A stretch of 64,000 bases of DNA, from NCBI GenBank assembly GCA_963514005.1, contig OY740804.1, positions 21,328,001 through 21,392,000 of the forward strand, in the 5' to 3' direction. Both the position numbers and the translations under genes were made by a program. Shown here one piece after another: positions 1 through 14,125 of this stretch; position 1 is the stretch's first letter; every line of letters begins with the position of its first letter. This DNA comes from Raja brachyura (lineage: Eukaryota). The notes beneath the pieces are model-generated. The model was not told the origin of the DNA. It searched no databases and worked only from the letters and a program-made list of their open reading frames with translations.

Positions 1-3000
1 GACAAGGACTGTTGTAATCATGTGGTGGAACAGATTAAATTATTTTTTGAAACTAATGACAAACCTGAAATTTCACCATTGCTACTTTGGGATACATTTA
101 AAGCATTTATGCGTGGTGCAATAATATCAGCACAAGCATATTTTAATAAAGAAAATCGAAAGACGGAACAAAAGTTAGAAAAGGAGATAAAACAACTAGA
201 TAGTGAAAATATAAAACATCCTTCTAAAGAGTTAAGTAATAAAATTGCAATATTAAAATATAGATTAAACAAAATATATTCTAACCAAGTCATTAAACTT
301 TTTCAACAAACCAAACAAGTGCATTTTGAATTTGGAGATAAACCACAAAAATTGCTGGCACAACAACTCAGAAAATTAGATGATGAAAAAATGATACATA
401 GAATTAGATCTGCGCATGGAAATATATTAACTATACCAAAATACATTAATGACAGATTTCTACAATATTATCAAAATCTTTATTCATCAAAATTAACAGG
501 ACAAACAGATGGAATGGAAACATTCCTACAAGAATGTCAAATTAATAGTTTAGATAAGGAAGGAAGACACTTGTTAAATGATGAAATATCAGTAAAAGAT
601 ATTGAAGAATCAATTGGTTCGTTAAAGAATGGAAAAGCTGCGGGCCCCGATGACCTGAGTGCAGAATTTTATAAAAGATTTCAAGATCTGATTTCCCCAA
701 GATTACATACAGTGTATAGATATGCATATGAACATGGAAAATTACTAGAATCTTTAAATGAATCCACAATCACACTCATTCCTAAGGTAGACAAGGATTT
801 GGAAGATCCTGGAAGATTGCTCTTCTAAATACAGACCAAAAAATATTAACTAAAGTTTTATCTCGGAGATTAAGTCTGGTGATCTCTAAATTAATACATT
901 ATGATCAAACAGGTTTTATTCCAAAACGCTATTCATCCCATAATCTTAGACGTTTGTTTAATATTATATATTCAAAAAGAGTATGGGACACGGAATTAGC
1001 GGTTATATCGTTAGACGCAGTAAAAACTTTCGATCAGGTGGAATGGTCATATTTATTTAATATAATGGAAAAGTTTCAATTGGGAGATAGATTTTGTAAA
1101 TGGGTAAGAATTTTATATTCGAATCCTACTGCAAGAATTTTAACTAATCAAATACTATCAGCTAAATTTAAGCTTTTTAGGGGATGCAGACAGGGATGTC
1201 CGTTATCGCCTTTATTATTCGCATTGGTGAGAGCCTTTGGCGGAAAGAATTAGATCTGAATCTGAAATATATGGTTATAATACTGATACAACAACTAATA
1301 AAATATCTTTATATGCAGATGATGTTTTGATTTATGTTACAAAACCGGAAAATAGTATTCCTATGCTGTTTAATGTTATAACTAAATTTAGCACATTTTC
1401 TGGATATAGAATTAATTGGAACAAAAGTGATATTATGCCTATAACTGGAATAAATTTAAATATATTACAACAATATCCACTAAAAATAGTCACAGATAAA
1501 TTTAAATATTTAGGTATCAATGTATCTAAATCTTATAACTCATTAATTAAATCTAATTATCCTCAACTATTAGATAAACTTAGAAAAAATATTTTATATT
1601 GGAAAACACTTCCTATATCTATCTATATTGGTAGAATAAATGCTATAAAGATGGTTTTTTTACCACAATTATTATATTTGTTTCAGGCTATTCCTTTTTT
1701 TCTCCCGAAAACCTTTTTTAAGAAAATTGATAATATTGTTAATAGTTTTATCTGGGACTATAAAAATCATAGAATAGGTTAAAAAAATTATGTAAATCTA
1801 AGATAAATGGAGGATTAGCACTCCCAAATTTCTTATATTATTTCTGGGCAGTCCAGATTAAGAATATGAATTTCTGGTGGGTAAATATGGATTATGAACC
1901 AATATGGTTAAAGATGGAAAAGGAAGACTGTTTACCTTTCAACGTAGGCTCGATTCTTTTTGCCCCAAAGGAAATACAAAAAAAATTTTTTAGGGACAAT
2001 CCTATAATTTATAATAATAGACGCATTTGGAAACAAATAGTTAAGACTTTACATTTAGATAATCTTTCACTTAGACTACCAATTACGAATAACCCATTAT
2101 TTAAACCCTCTATATTAGATGGGGGGTTTAGACATTGGGACGATTTAGGAATTAAAAGGATAGAGCACCTTTATAGAAAAGGAAAATTTCTTTTATTTCA
2201 GGAGTTACAAGATATCTACGGATTGCCTTCACAACATTTGTTTAGGTACTTACAAATTAGAGATTATATTAAATCTAATACACAAGATTATAAAAATAAA
2301 GAACCAGGATTATTAGATGAATTGTTTAATTTGCACCCAAATACAGAAAAATTAATAGCTTATATATATAACATTATTCTGGATAAGGAGAATCCAACAA
2401 CTGAAACATATCGACAAGCATGGGAAAATGAAATTGGATTATCTATAACAAAAGAAAATTGGGAAGAAAGTTTACAACGAATACATCGGTGTTCGTTAAA
2501 TGCTAGACATACATTGATACAATTTAAAGTATTATATAGATTACATTATTCGAAAACTAAATTAAATAGTATTTTTCCTAATGTCTCCTCTATCTGTGAT
2601 AAATGTAAGAATTTAGAAGCAAATTTAATACATAGTTTTGTTAGATGCCCCAAATTGAATTATTACTGGACAGAAATTTTTAAAATTATTTCTGAAGTTC
2701 TTAAAGTTAAACTGCACCCTGACCCAAAGTTAATAATATTCGGAATTCCGGATTCAAATTTGGTACTTACAGTAAATCAAAGAAATTTCTTTGATTACTG
2801 TTTGATAATAGGGAAAAAAATTATACTGAAATTTTGGAAGGGAACATTATCCCCCACAATTAAAATGTGGGCAGCAGAGATGTTGGAGACGTTACATTTA
2901 GAAAGAATTAGATTTGTCCTATTGGACAAATATAATTCCTTCTAACAGACATGGTCTCCATATATATAGTATTTAGAGAAGTAGCTGTTCTTGGCATCAC

Positions 3001-3427
3001 GGCTCGACAGGTACCCAACGGGATTTGAAGAAAATAATTCATTTTCATACTAGTGTTAATATGCATGTCTCTATTAATACTATTATTGGTAATAGTTTTA
3101 TTTACAATTTATTTTGTTGTTTTTCATTTATATATATATATATAATATTTTTGCACCATTTTGTTCGTGGTTTTTTTTTTTTTTTTCTCTTTCTCTTCTT
3201 TTTTTTTCCTTTCCTCTTTTTTCTTATATATAATCAAATCATTATTTAATCACATCTTTATTGATTTATAACTGCTCTATTCTTTTTCTGTCTTTATTTC
3301 CAAAAAAAAGAAGATAATAATTATCAATGTGTTATTTGTATAAATATTGAATTAAGCTGATGCTTGTAAATTTGTTTTAAACATTGTAAATTGGTTACTT
3401 CTAATAAAAAAATATTTTAAAAAAAAA
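1..3427 (+). mobile_element. L1-clade LINE copy 1 (decayed ORF2: RT + CCHC, 3'UTR, poly(A)); 5' part extends beyond the window
   Basis: ORF fragments carry GKAAGPDDLSAEFYK, DQTGFIPKR, RGCRQGCPLSPLLF, LYADDVL, FKYLGI and the C-terminal CDKC..HSFVRC. There are several frameshifts and stops. A T-rich 3'UTR is followed by AATAAA (~3403) and an A-run at 3419-3427. Very AT-rich. Confidence 0.93.
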
Positions 3428-6204
3428 GAATTTTATAAGAAATTTCAAGATCTGATTTCCCCAAGATTACATACAGTGTATAAATATACATATGAACAAG
3501 GAAAATTACCGGAATCTTTAAATGAATCTACAATTACACTTATTCCTAAGGTTGACAAGGATTTGGAAGACCCTGGATCATACAGAGCAATTGCTCTTTT
3601 AAATACAGATCAAAAAATATTAGCTAAAGTTTTATCTCGGAGATTAAGTTTGGTGATCACTAAAATAATACATCATGATCAAACAGGTTTTATTCCAAAA
3701 CGTTATTCATCCCACAATTTGAGACGATTATTCAATATTATATACTCAAAAAGAGTATGTGATACGGAATTAGCTGTTATATCCTTAGATGCAGAAAAAG
3801 CATTCGATCAGGTTGAATGGCCATATTTTATTTAAAATAATGGAGAAATTCCAATTGGGGGATAGATTTTGTAAATGGGTAAGAATTCTATATTCGAATC
3901 CTACTGCAAGAATATTAACTAACCAAATATTATCAGCTAAATTTAAGCTTTATAGGGGTTGTAGACAAGGATGTCCAGTATCGCCTTTGTTATTCGCTCT
4001 GGTGATAGAGCCTTTAGCTGAAAGGATTAGATCTGAACCAGAAATATATGGATATAATACTGATACTACAACTAATAAAATATCTCTATACGCAGATGAT
4101 GTCTTAATTTATATTACAAAACCGGAGAATAGTATTCCTAAGCTATTTAATGTTATAACTAAATTTAGTACATTTTCTGGATATAGAATTAATTGGAATA
4201 AAAGTGATATTATGCCTATAACTGGAATAAAATCAAATATATTACAACAATATCCACTAAAAATAGTTACAGACAAATTTAAATATTTAGGAATTAATGT
4301 ATCTAAATCCTATAACTCATTAATTAAATCTAATTATCCTCAATTATTAAATAAACTTAGAAAAAATATTTTATATTGGAAAACACTTCCTATATCTATG
4401 ATTGGTAGAATAAATGCTATAAAAATGGTTTTTTTACCACAACTGTTATATTTGTTTCAAGCTATTCCCTTTTATCTCCCGAAAACTTAAAAAAAAAAAA
4501 TTGATAACATTTTTAATAGTTTTATCTGGGACTATAAAAATCATAGAATAAGTAAAAAACATTTATGTAAATCCAAGATAAATGGAGGATTAGCACTTCC
4601 AAATTTTTTATATTATTTCTGGGCAGTTCAGATTAAGAATATGAATTTTTGGTGGGTAAATTTGGATCATGAACCAATGTGGTTAAAGATGGAAAAGGAA
4701 GATTGTTTACCTTTTAATGTAGGTTCGATTCTTTTTGCGCCAAGGGAAGTAAAAAAAAAATTTATAGGGACAACCCTATAATTCATAGTAATAGACGCAT
4801 TTGGAAACAAATTGTTGAGACTTTACATTTAGATAATTTGTCACTTAACCTACCAATTATGAATAACCCTTTATTTAAACCCTGTATATTAGATAGGGGG
4901 TTTAGACATTGGGATGATTTAGGAATTAAAAGGATAGAACACCTTTACAGAAAAGGAAAATTTCTTTCATTTCAGGAGTTACAAGATATCTATGGATTGC
5001 CATCACATAATTTGTTTAGGTATTTACAAATTAGAGATTATATTAAGTCAAACACACAAGATTATAAAAATAAAGAACCAGGATTATTAGATGAACTGTT
5101 TAACAAGCACCCAAATACAGAAAAATTAATAGCTTATATATACACAATATTATTTTGGATAGGGAGAATCCAACAACAGAAATATATCGACAAGCATGGG
5201 AAAATGAAATAGGTTTATCTATAACGAAAGAAACTTGGGAAGAAAGTTTACAACGTATAAATCATTGTTCGTTAAATGCTAGGCATACATTGATACAATT
5301 TAAAGTATTATATAGATTACATTATTCGAAAACCAAATTAAATAGAATTTTTCCTAACATTTCTTCTATTTGTGATAAGTGTCAGAATTTAGAAGCCAAT
5401 TTAACACATAGTTTTGTAACGTGTTCAAAACTTAATTATTATTGGATAGAAATCTTTAGAGTTATCTCTGAAGTTCTTAGAGTTAAACTGGATCCAGATC
5501 CAAAGTTAATAATATTAGGAATTCCGGACTCAAAATTGGTATTAACAGTAAATCAAAGAAATTTCTTTGATTACTGTTTGATAATAGGGAAAAAAATAAT
5601 ATTGAAATTTTGGAAGGGAACATTATCCCCCACAATTAAAATGTGGACAGCAGAGATGTCGGAGACGTTGCATTTGGAAAGAATTAGATTTGTCCTAATG
5701 GACAAATATGAAATCTTTGAACAGACATGGTCTCCATATATACAATATTTGAGGGGGTAGCTGTTCTTGGCATCACAACTCAATGGGTACCCAACAGGAT
5801 TTGATGAAAATAATTCATTTTCAAACTGGGATTTATATACATCTCTCTGTGGATATTATCATTTGTAATAGTTTTATTTACAATATATTTTGTTGTTTCT
5901 CTTTTATATATATATATAATACTTTTTACTATTTTAAAATATGTATATATTAAATAGATATATATTAATTGTTTTTTTGTTCTTTTTTTCCTTTCTTTTT
6001 TTATATATAATCAAAATCATTATTTAATCACAGCCTTTATTGATTTAAAACCTATTCATTTTTCTTTTTCTCTCTATTTCTAAAAAACAGAAGATAATAA
6101 TAATCAATGTGATATTTGTATAAATACCGAATTAAGTTGGTATTTGTAAATTTGTTTTAGCATTGTGAAATGCTTATTTCTAATAAAAATATTATTAAAA
6201 AAAA
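3428..6204 (+). mobile_element. L1-clade LINE copy 2, starting mid-ORF2, with frameshifts
   Basis: Starts at GAATTTTATAAGAAATTTCAAGATCTG, homologous to ~664 of copy 1. Encodes YRAIALLNTDQK, SLDAEKAFDQVEW, YADD and a CCHC knuckle. AATAAA at ~6182 and an A-tail at 6197-6204. Confidence 0.93.
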
Positions 6205-6730
6205 GAACTATATTCTGCTCTGTATCTTCCCCTTTGCCCCATCTATTGTACTTAAATTTGACTTTATTGTACCATGTCTGGTATATCTGATCTGTTTGGA
6301 TAGCACACAATAGCTTTTCTCTGTACCTCAATACATGACAATAAATCTAAACCCAACCAATGAGCTTTGTTACTGACCAAGACTAAATTATTTCAAATTT
6401 CAAAGCCGTTTTGAAACTAGATTCATAAGCTAAGATGATTAGCTTTAAAATATTTCAGGTTTTTTTTCTGTGGATCTTTTAGTAACCCAGATATGACAGA
6501 GAGCATCATTATTCTTAAAGCACAAAAGCAGGTCTACACTCTTGGGTATATCGTCGCAATCATTTTGAATATTTTATTTTAGTTTATTGTCAGACAGACG
6601 TACAGTGATGAGCTTTTTTGTTGCGTGCTATCCAGTCAGCAGAAAGACTGTACACGATTACAATCAAACCATCCAGTGTACAAATACAGGATAAAGGGAA
6701 TAACGGATAGTGAAATGCTACTGTTGGAGT

Positions 6731-7214
6731 TAAGGTTTGCAACTTTCTTGCTCCCAAATAAGGGGCAAAAGGTTGAAATATGGGACAAATTCCCGACGGC
6801 AATTCGTTGACCGACACGGCCATGGCTAGGTGAACGATGAGTTGGCCCGGGTGCTGGATTGCACACAAAGCCCAGTCGGCGTGCTAGCTGAGGAGATTTG
6901 GCCTTGGCCGTGTGATGTTGCACACAAAGTCCGGCACCCCCATCCAACTCATGAACCGATGATCGGCCATGAGAAGGAGGAGTGGTGGTGGTGTCGGACA
7001 GCTGGCCGGGCTGCCGACCATGGGTGAGGCACTGCAGATGCTGCACTATGTCAGGATCGGTGAGGCGGGGACGGACGCAGTGCTCCGACCCGACAGTCCC
7101 CTTGACCCGAGTAGTAGCGGTCAATTACGGGACAAGGGCGGTCCCGTACAGGACAAACAAATTTAGCCCAAAATACGGGATGTCCCAGCTAATACGGGAC
7201 AGTTGGCAACCCTA
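6731..7214. mobile_element. Non-autonomous hAT-like DNA transposon (MITE)
   Basis: Imperfect TIRs TAAGGTTTGCAACT / AGTTGGCAACCCTA, a near-duplicated 8-bp flank GTTGGAGT / GT(T)TGGAGT, and repeated subterminal TACGGGAC-like motifs. Confidence 0.7.
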
Positions 7215-7699
7215 GTTTGGAGTCTTGGAGTGGAGGTTTAAATGAGTGAAACGATTGTAATGAGGGATTGCAGACTCACATCTGTGACTAGCAGGCAGAG
7301 AATTACTTGGTTTGTGCGCCATCTTAATTAGGTGAGATATATTCAAACACATTAAAAACTTGAATTATAATAGGGAATTATATGTGTGTTCATTATGCAG
7401 TTATATTGAAAATTATCTAAATAATCTAAATATATAATTAAAGTTACAACAGACATTTTTTTAAAAACCTCATGTTATTTTGGCCAAGGATTCTATTTAA
7501 AGTGCTTATGTTGTAATTTTTTTTTAAATTTAAGCTTGTGGTAAAACCCAAGAACAACGTTCGAATATTTTATTTTACAGCAATGAAAACAGGGGAATAA
7601 AGTCTTCTGCTCCAAAGCTAGTTCTCTGGAAATATGTGGAAGAACCATAAAGAAATCCAATTGGTCATTTCTGGCAAGGGTCAGTATGCAGCAAAACTG

Positions 7700-8430
7700 A
7701 AATGCACAGAGTCTTTTACCCAGAGTAACGGAATCAAGAACCAGAGGTCATAGGTGGAAGGTGAGGGGGGGAGGATTAAATCAGAACCCGAGGGGCAACT
7801 TTTTCAACGCAGGTGGGTGTATGGAACGAGCTGCCACAGGTGGTAGTTGAGGCAGGTAATATAACAACTTTTAAGAGACATTTGGATGGGTACAAGGATA
7901 GGAAAGCTTTAGAGCCCCGTGGATTGTCACCTTGTCGTGGTGGAGAAGCTTGTGTGGTCCTGAGGTCCTGTGAGCGATGCCATCTGTAACTATGCTCCTG
8001 GTAGGGTCACCCATGGTGGTAAGGTCGAGGGGGAGGTCTCTGACAAAGAACAATCCAACCATGACCTCAACCGTGGAACAGGCAGAGGACGATGGCTGAT
8101 TTTAGTGGAGCGTCACGACGGCTGGGAAGGTGGATGAAGGCTGCAGCAGAAAATGGTCCCTGGTCGTCATGGATTCCATGCCACTGGATTTGGACCCAGA
8201 TCTGTCAAGGACCGTGTGGTGGCTGTCGGTGCACCAGTCTCCCCACGTTAAACAAAGCCACGCACAGGCGTCCTTCAAGAGAGGACAGTCATACTCGTTT
8301 CGAGTGACCGCCGATGAGAGTGATTTGGGCCAAACGCAGGCAGGTGGGACTCGTGTGGATGGGGCATCTTGCTTGGCATGGGCAAGTGGGGTGAAGGGCC
8401 CGTTTCTGTGCTGTATGAATCTATGACTAT
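7700..8430 (+). mobile_element. CR1/HER1-like LINE 3' fragment interrupted by a ~400-bp insertion
   Basis: Typical tail AGGGGCAACTTTTT...GTATGGAACGAGCTGCC...GGGCCAAACGCAGGCAGGTGGGAC...CTATGACTAT, split at ~7915/8320. Confidence 0.75.
7915..8320 (+). mobile_element. RTE-LINE-5'UTR-like non-autonomous insertion
   Basis: CACCTTGTCGTGGTGGAG...CCTGGTAGGGTCACCCATGG...GGGGAGGTC..GACAAAGA resembles RTE-clade 5'UTRs (recalled, not searched). It is nested in a CR1 tail and has no ORF. Confidence 0.5.
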
Positions 8431-8762
8431 ATCTTACCCCAAGATATCAAGACACAATAAACAAACGGCAGCAAACAATTACTGCAAATCTGTGTCAAAA
8501 CCGACAGCAATGCAGACAGAGTGGAAGCAACATTAAGGTGGGCAAGAATAAAAAGTTGCAGTGAAATAAAGTAATAAATCACCCCAGTCAAACTAGATGC
8601 AGTGACATTTTGAAAAATAAGAATATCAATAGCAATGGAAATAGCAGATCACAGTCAAATGCTATGAGATGTGAATGTTATAGAGCCAGTCATACAGCAT
8701 GGAAACAGGCCCAGCAGCCCAACTTGCCCATGCTGACCAACATGCTCCATCTACACCAGTCC

Positions 8763-9057
8763 CACAGTGGGGCAGCTATAGAGTTGCCGCCTTACAGTGC
8801 CAGAGACCCGGGTTCGATCCCGACTACGGGTGCTGTCTGTGCAGAGTTTGTCCGTCCTCCCTGTGACCAGGTGGGTTGTCTCCGGGAGCTCCGGTTTCCT
8901 CCCGCATTCAAACGACGTGCAGGTTTGTAGTTTAATTGGCTTCTATAAAATTGTTCCTAGTTGTTGGATAGAACTAGCGTACAGGGAGATTAGTCATTGG
9001 TACGGTCTCGCTGGGCCGAAGGGCCTGTTTCCACGCCATAATTCTAAACTAAACTAT
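8763..9057 (+). mobile_element. HE1-like tRNA-derived V-SINE
   Basis: B-box GGTTCGATCCC, V-domain GAGTTTG..CTCCC.GTGAC..GTGGGTT..CTCCGG, and CR1-shared tail GGGCCGAAGGGCCTGTTTCC...CTAAACTAAACTA. Confidence 0.8.
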
Positions 9058-9299
9058 TAAATTCTCACTGGTTGCAGGTTTTCGGGACCATTAATGCAAT
9101 CACACAATTAAATATGTAAAATTTATCATTTAATAAATAATAATCAGTAATACTGGGTTACCAGACCACAATAGTAGAGAACTCGTCCAAACAGCTGCCT
9201 GCATTTAGCCCATATCTCTTTAAACTATTCCTGTCCATGTAACTGTCCAAATATACCCATCTATGCACCGGTTAGACCCCAGCATCTGCATTTCCTTGA

Positions 9300-9640
9300 G
9301 TTTAGTTTAGTTTTAGTTCAGAGAAGCAGCATGGAAACAGAACATTTGGCCTACGTTGACTATTGATCACCCATTCAGACAAGTTCTACTATATCCCACT
9401 TTCTCATCCACCCCCGACACACCAGGGGCAATTTACAAAGGGCCAATTAACCTACAACCCAGCTTGGCTTTGGGATGTGGGAGGAAACCTGCGCACCCAG
9501 AAGAAACCCACACAGTCACAAGGAGAACGTGCAAACTCCACGTACTGAGCAGCAAGCAGGAGGTCCAGCAACCGAGGTCAGGGTCAAACTCTGGTCTTTA
9601 GCGCAGAAGCAGCAGCTCTACCTGATGCACCACCGTAACA
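9300..9640 (-). mobile_element. HE1-like V-SINE
   Basis: Reverse complement of the same head, V-domain and tail. Confidence 0.7.
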
Positions 9641-11354
9641 CACAGTGTCTCCACCTGTGCAATTTTTGCTCCAACGTAAAATGCCAATAGATCCAATTTC
9701 TAGGAAAGCATGTTGCCAACACAATACAATACACTTACACGATGTAGCATGATAAATATATTGCTCAATGAACAATATTGATCTCTATTCATTTTATATT
9801 AACATACAAGATAAAAACTTGATTCAATTACATGATGCACCGAATCATACAAAACAATTCATCATAATCAAATATCAAATCTTTGAATTTAATCTGTGGA
9901 TCATTTCTGATCCACACCATCCATTTAGACGTCAGTATTTACATTGACAAGACCATTGCTCAGCATTGTGAATTTCATTTGACAGCCTATCGAAAACATT
10001 AGTGTCTGTAGTCAACTTTTAATTATCGGTTACTCTGCCAACATTTACAATTGTAAATATTTCTAATTACACACCCATCCACTGCCAGTAATTACACTGC
10101 CTCAGTTTTAAGTTGTCCAACCATGCAATCCGTAGTAGGGGCATCCGTGTGTGGCAACAAACTCAAAATATTTCAAGAGTCACGGATGTTTCATTAACAT
10201 ATGTCCTGAAATGGAACAATGAAACTCTTAGTAACACCAGCATAACAGATATGCAAACAGACCAATCTCAAACTTCTGTGCATTTTATTCTATTGATCAC
10301 TTGTCAAATAAAAATCAAACTCATATGATAAGAAAACAGATTATTTTAATCCGATTCCAAATTCCGTTTGTGCTCAAGTGTGAACCATTTTATATGGCGA
10401 TACTGCCAGAGATGTTGATGCTTTCTTTACAGGCAACAGAATTGGCATAAAGTCTTCCTCATCGTACGATTTTCCATTGCATTCAAATGACTTCCACTTT
10501 CTCTCCAACTGCTCGGAACTTCCAATTCTCCAACCTACCCCGTTACGCACATTGGACCTTGTCTCTGGAACTGTTACACTACAATGCTGAGCGCTATATT
10601 CTCAGTATCACTCAGTATCTTCCCTTTCGCTCTAATTATTGTACTTGAGTTTGACTTAATTGTATTTATCTATAGTATAATCTGTCTTGAATAGATAGGC
10701 ATGCAAATCAAAGCTTTTCACTGTAACTCAGCGCACACGACAATAAAACACCTAAACCTGCAAGGAGAAGAAATAATTATTTAGAATTTTACCAGGTAGA
10801 TGTTCACAGAGAGAATAGTTTCATACATGTATTGGGATCACTCTTCAACATTTTACTTTAGCTAAGACCTCATGAGTTGCATTTGGAGACCACTTTTGCT
10901 TGCACATCACAATAAAATAACCAATTGTAATTTCCATAACGGCACAGGCATTCTCTGTAATATCAATGCATTATGAAGAATGTGAAACTTTTGCTTTGAA
11001 TAGTAAGAGAGGTGGACAATTAATTGGATTATACATCTAAACGATATTTGACCCAAATTATATACTTAAAAAACATTGCAAGTAAATTGGAAAAAGTCTA
11101 CATTCATTCCGCATGCTAGTTAGTGACTGTTACTAATAATTGCCTGATATTAATTTCTATTGAATATCAGGAGAACTATTAAAGCATTCAGCTGACCTCC
11201 AGTGATGGATCAAGTTCATATTGCCTACAATTTGCTGAAGGGGAATAAATGAATGTTAACCTTCAACTTTTAATGTAAACCTTCATTACTTATTTTCCCG
11301 ACCAAAACAAATGCATTTGATGTTTCTACCTTTACAATAGTGATATTGTAATAA

Positions 11355-11586
11355 CACAGAACTGCAGATGCTGCTTTACGCCAAAGAAAGGTTTGAAATG
11401 CTGGAGTAACTCAGCGGGTCAGACAGTATCGCTGGAGAAAAGGAATAAGTGATGTTTCGGATCGAGATCTTTCTTCAGACCCTTTTCGGGTCGAGACCCT
11501 TCTCAACCTGAAATGTCACCTATTCCTTTTCTCCAGAGATGCTGCCCGACCAGCTGAGTTACACCAGCATTTTGTGTCTGTCTTCA
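11355..11586. repeat. Penelope-derived fold-back repeat
   Basis: Inverted arms (GCTGGAGTAACTCAGC...AGAAAAGGAATA / TATTCCTTTTCTCCAG...GCTGAGTTACACCAGC) around degenerate hammerhead-like cores. Confidence 0.65.
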
Positions 11587-14097
11587 TTGTTAATAATTTA
11601 TTTTATGTTGAACATAAGGGGGGGGGGAGAGATCTTTTACGGAAATAAAATTGGGAGAAAAAAAATCTCTGCTTTGATTGTCCGAGGGCATTCTTTGTCA
11701 ATACAGAACATGCTCAGGAGGTTCTGTGGCATCTAAGGAGACAAAGAAAAAAATGTTTTGTTGAAGGACCCATCGTAGGAGCTAGAACAAAAATGCAAAA
11801 ACAAATTGCAGAGCAGGCCTTATCTGTTATATGAAAGAAATAATAATTCAGTTCCCCCCCCCCCCCCCCCCCCCAAGCCAACACTCAAGTACAATAGATA
11901 GAGCATGGAAGACGATACAGAGTGCAGAACATAGTTCTCAGCATAGTTCCAGAGGAACTAACAATTCCAGAGGAAAAAGTTCAATGTCCACAACGGGGTA
12001 GGTTGGAGGATCGGATGTGTGTGTGTTTTTTTTCTACATTCTATCTACAGTATGTTCACCGAGGAATTGGAGAACTCCAAAGGCAGCCAAGTAACTAAAT
12101 TGATCTTTCTGCATTGTTATGGTTACAGAAAATTGAGATGCCCGTTCATACCCTTTCCAACACTTTCCATTTCGTGGAGAATTTGAACAAAATGGGTTTT
12201 CTAAAAGTACTTACTACTGCATCCATCATTTTTCATCCATAGGTTGTGTTTGTAAGATTTATTTTGGTAGCATGGGTATTCCAATACCCTTCCAAAAGTT
12301 ACAGAACTATATGATTTGAAAAGCAAAATAAAATGTCAATCAATATTTGGCCTGGTTCACCGCTGCAAGAAGATATGATTGTATTAAGAACTTTTCAAAC
12401 TTTGCTGCTGCCAGAAACATGGTGACTTTGTGCATTGCCTAGGTGAAATCTGCTGTATGATTTTACCAGATTGTATGTAAAAACAAAGAATTTCACTGGA
12501 CCTGGGTACAGGTGACAATGAAGTATCATCGATCCCGTTCAGTGCCAAAATGGTGGCCAGAGGGCTGTGTTCTGGGTTCTTCCAGTGAACAGGATAGGGC
12601 CAATTTTCTTCTGCCCACAGTGGCAAATGCTTTGTGTGGATTTCTGATTTGGCCTACTTACATTATGGCACAGGGAATTGAAACATCATAGGAATTATTT
12701 TAACTTGGAATCATGTTCGGTGCAGATATTGTGGGCCAAAGGGCCTGTGCTCCAAGCTCTATGAGAATTTGAAGCATAAAATGCTGGAAGGACCCAACTG
12801 GCAAACAGGGTGCCCAATAAAACAAAACAAAATCCAATGTTTTTGCTCTTATGAGTCATACTTTAAACTTTTGAGTTTAGAGATGCAGCGAGGAAACGGG
12901 CCTTCGGTCCACCGAGTCCGCGCAGACCAGCAATACACTGCGTACACTAGCATTATCCTGTAGTGTGAGAGGAAACCAGAGAGAACCAATGCAGTCACAA
13001 GGAGAACGTGAAACTCCATACAGATAGCACCCATTGAACCCAAATCCCTCGTGCTACCGTTGCACCCCTGATAGCTTGTGCCCCATATATCCACCTGCCT
13101 GTGGTCTGGCATCTGTTTACAAACAGCACCCCCTCATGATATATTCCCTCTTTTTCCCTTCCTCCCACCACCTTGTTTCTCTGCTTTAAGCTTTGTCGAC
13201 TCTTTCTGCCGACTTGTCTGCATCTGGCTGCATTTATCTGCTCTGCATTTTGCAATACCACCAATGTTTGTGTTAAACACGCACTTTGATGTTGTTACTT
13301 GTGGCCCCAGGTCGAGGTCATTAATGTAGGTCAAAGAGCCAATGGACCTTCCACTGATCACTGCGGGTGCTGAATTATTCACAGTTCACCAGTTCTCAAT
13401 CTGATGCAGGAAACAACAGTGATGGGTGAGTTTTACATCAGAATTCCATGCTCCCATCTGACCAGGGTGACCATGTTCATCAAATGTCTGTCCACGTCCA
13501 CTGAGAAATATTCAAAGACTCTGCCCCTTGAAGATGAGTTCTAAAGATTCGCAACTCAGAGAAGAAGAAAACTAGCCTTACCTATATCTCAAATGGGCAA
13601 ACCCTTATTTTTTGTATACTGAACTCTGGTTCTAGAATTTTCTGAACATCCTCTTCACATCCACTCTGTCAAAACCCCTCAGGATCTGACTTGTTTCAAT
13701 AAAGCAGCGGTAGAGTTGATGCTTTACGGCTCCAGAGACCTGGGTTCGATCCTGACTACGGGTGCTGTCTGTACGGATGTTCTCCTCATGACCCCCATGT
13801 ACTCCATCTTCCTCCCACGCTCCACAGATGCACAGACTTCATCGGCTAATTTGACTTTGGCAAAAACTAAATTGTTCCTAGTGTGTCAGTTAGTGCTTGC
13901 GTACGGGGATGACTGGTGGCACGGACTCAGTCGTCCGAAGGACCTGTTTCCACACCGTATCTCTGAACTAAAATCTCCAAAAGTTAACTGCAGATGCATT
14001 TTGATGTGATTTAAAGTTTACATTTTGTGTCTGACAATGACATTGCACATACGACGACACATTTTTACAAACAGTAAGAAGGGTCGACATTATCCTT

Positions 14098-14125
14098 CTG
14101 AAGAAGGGTCTCGACCCGAAACGTT
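14098..14125 (+). ncRNA. Candidate minimal hammerhead ribozyme core in a Penelope-derived repeat
   Basis: CTGAAGA-A-GGGT(CTCG)ACCC-GAAA-C-GTT: conserved core, helix II, and a palindromic ACGT in place of helix III. Confidence 0.5.

Noticed and set aside
11854-11874. Poly-C runs (also 15629-15643, 30100-30119, and poly-G at ~56215-56228)
   Set aside because: Simple homopolymer expansions, mostly within repeats; lengths are unreliable and there is no sign of function.
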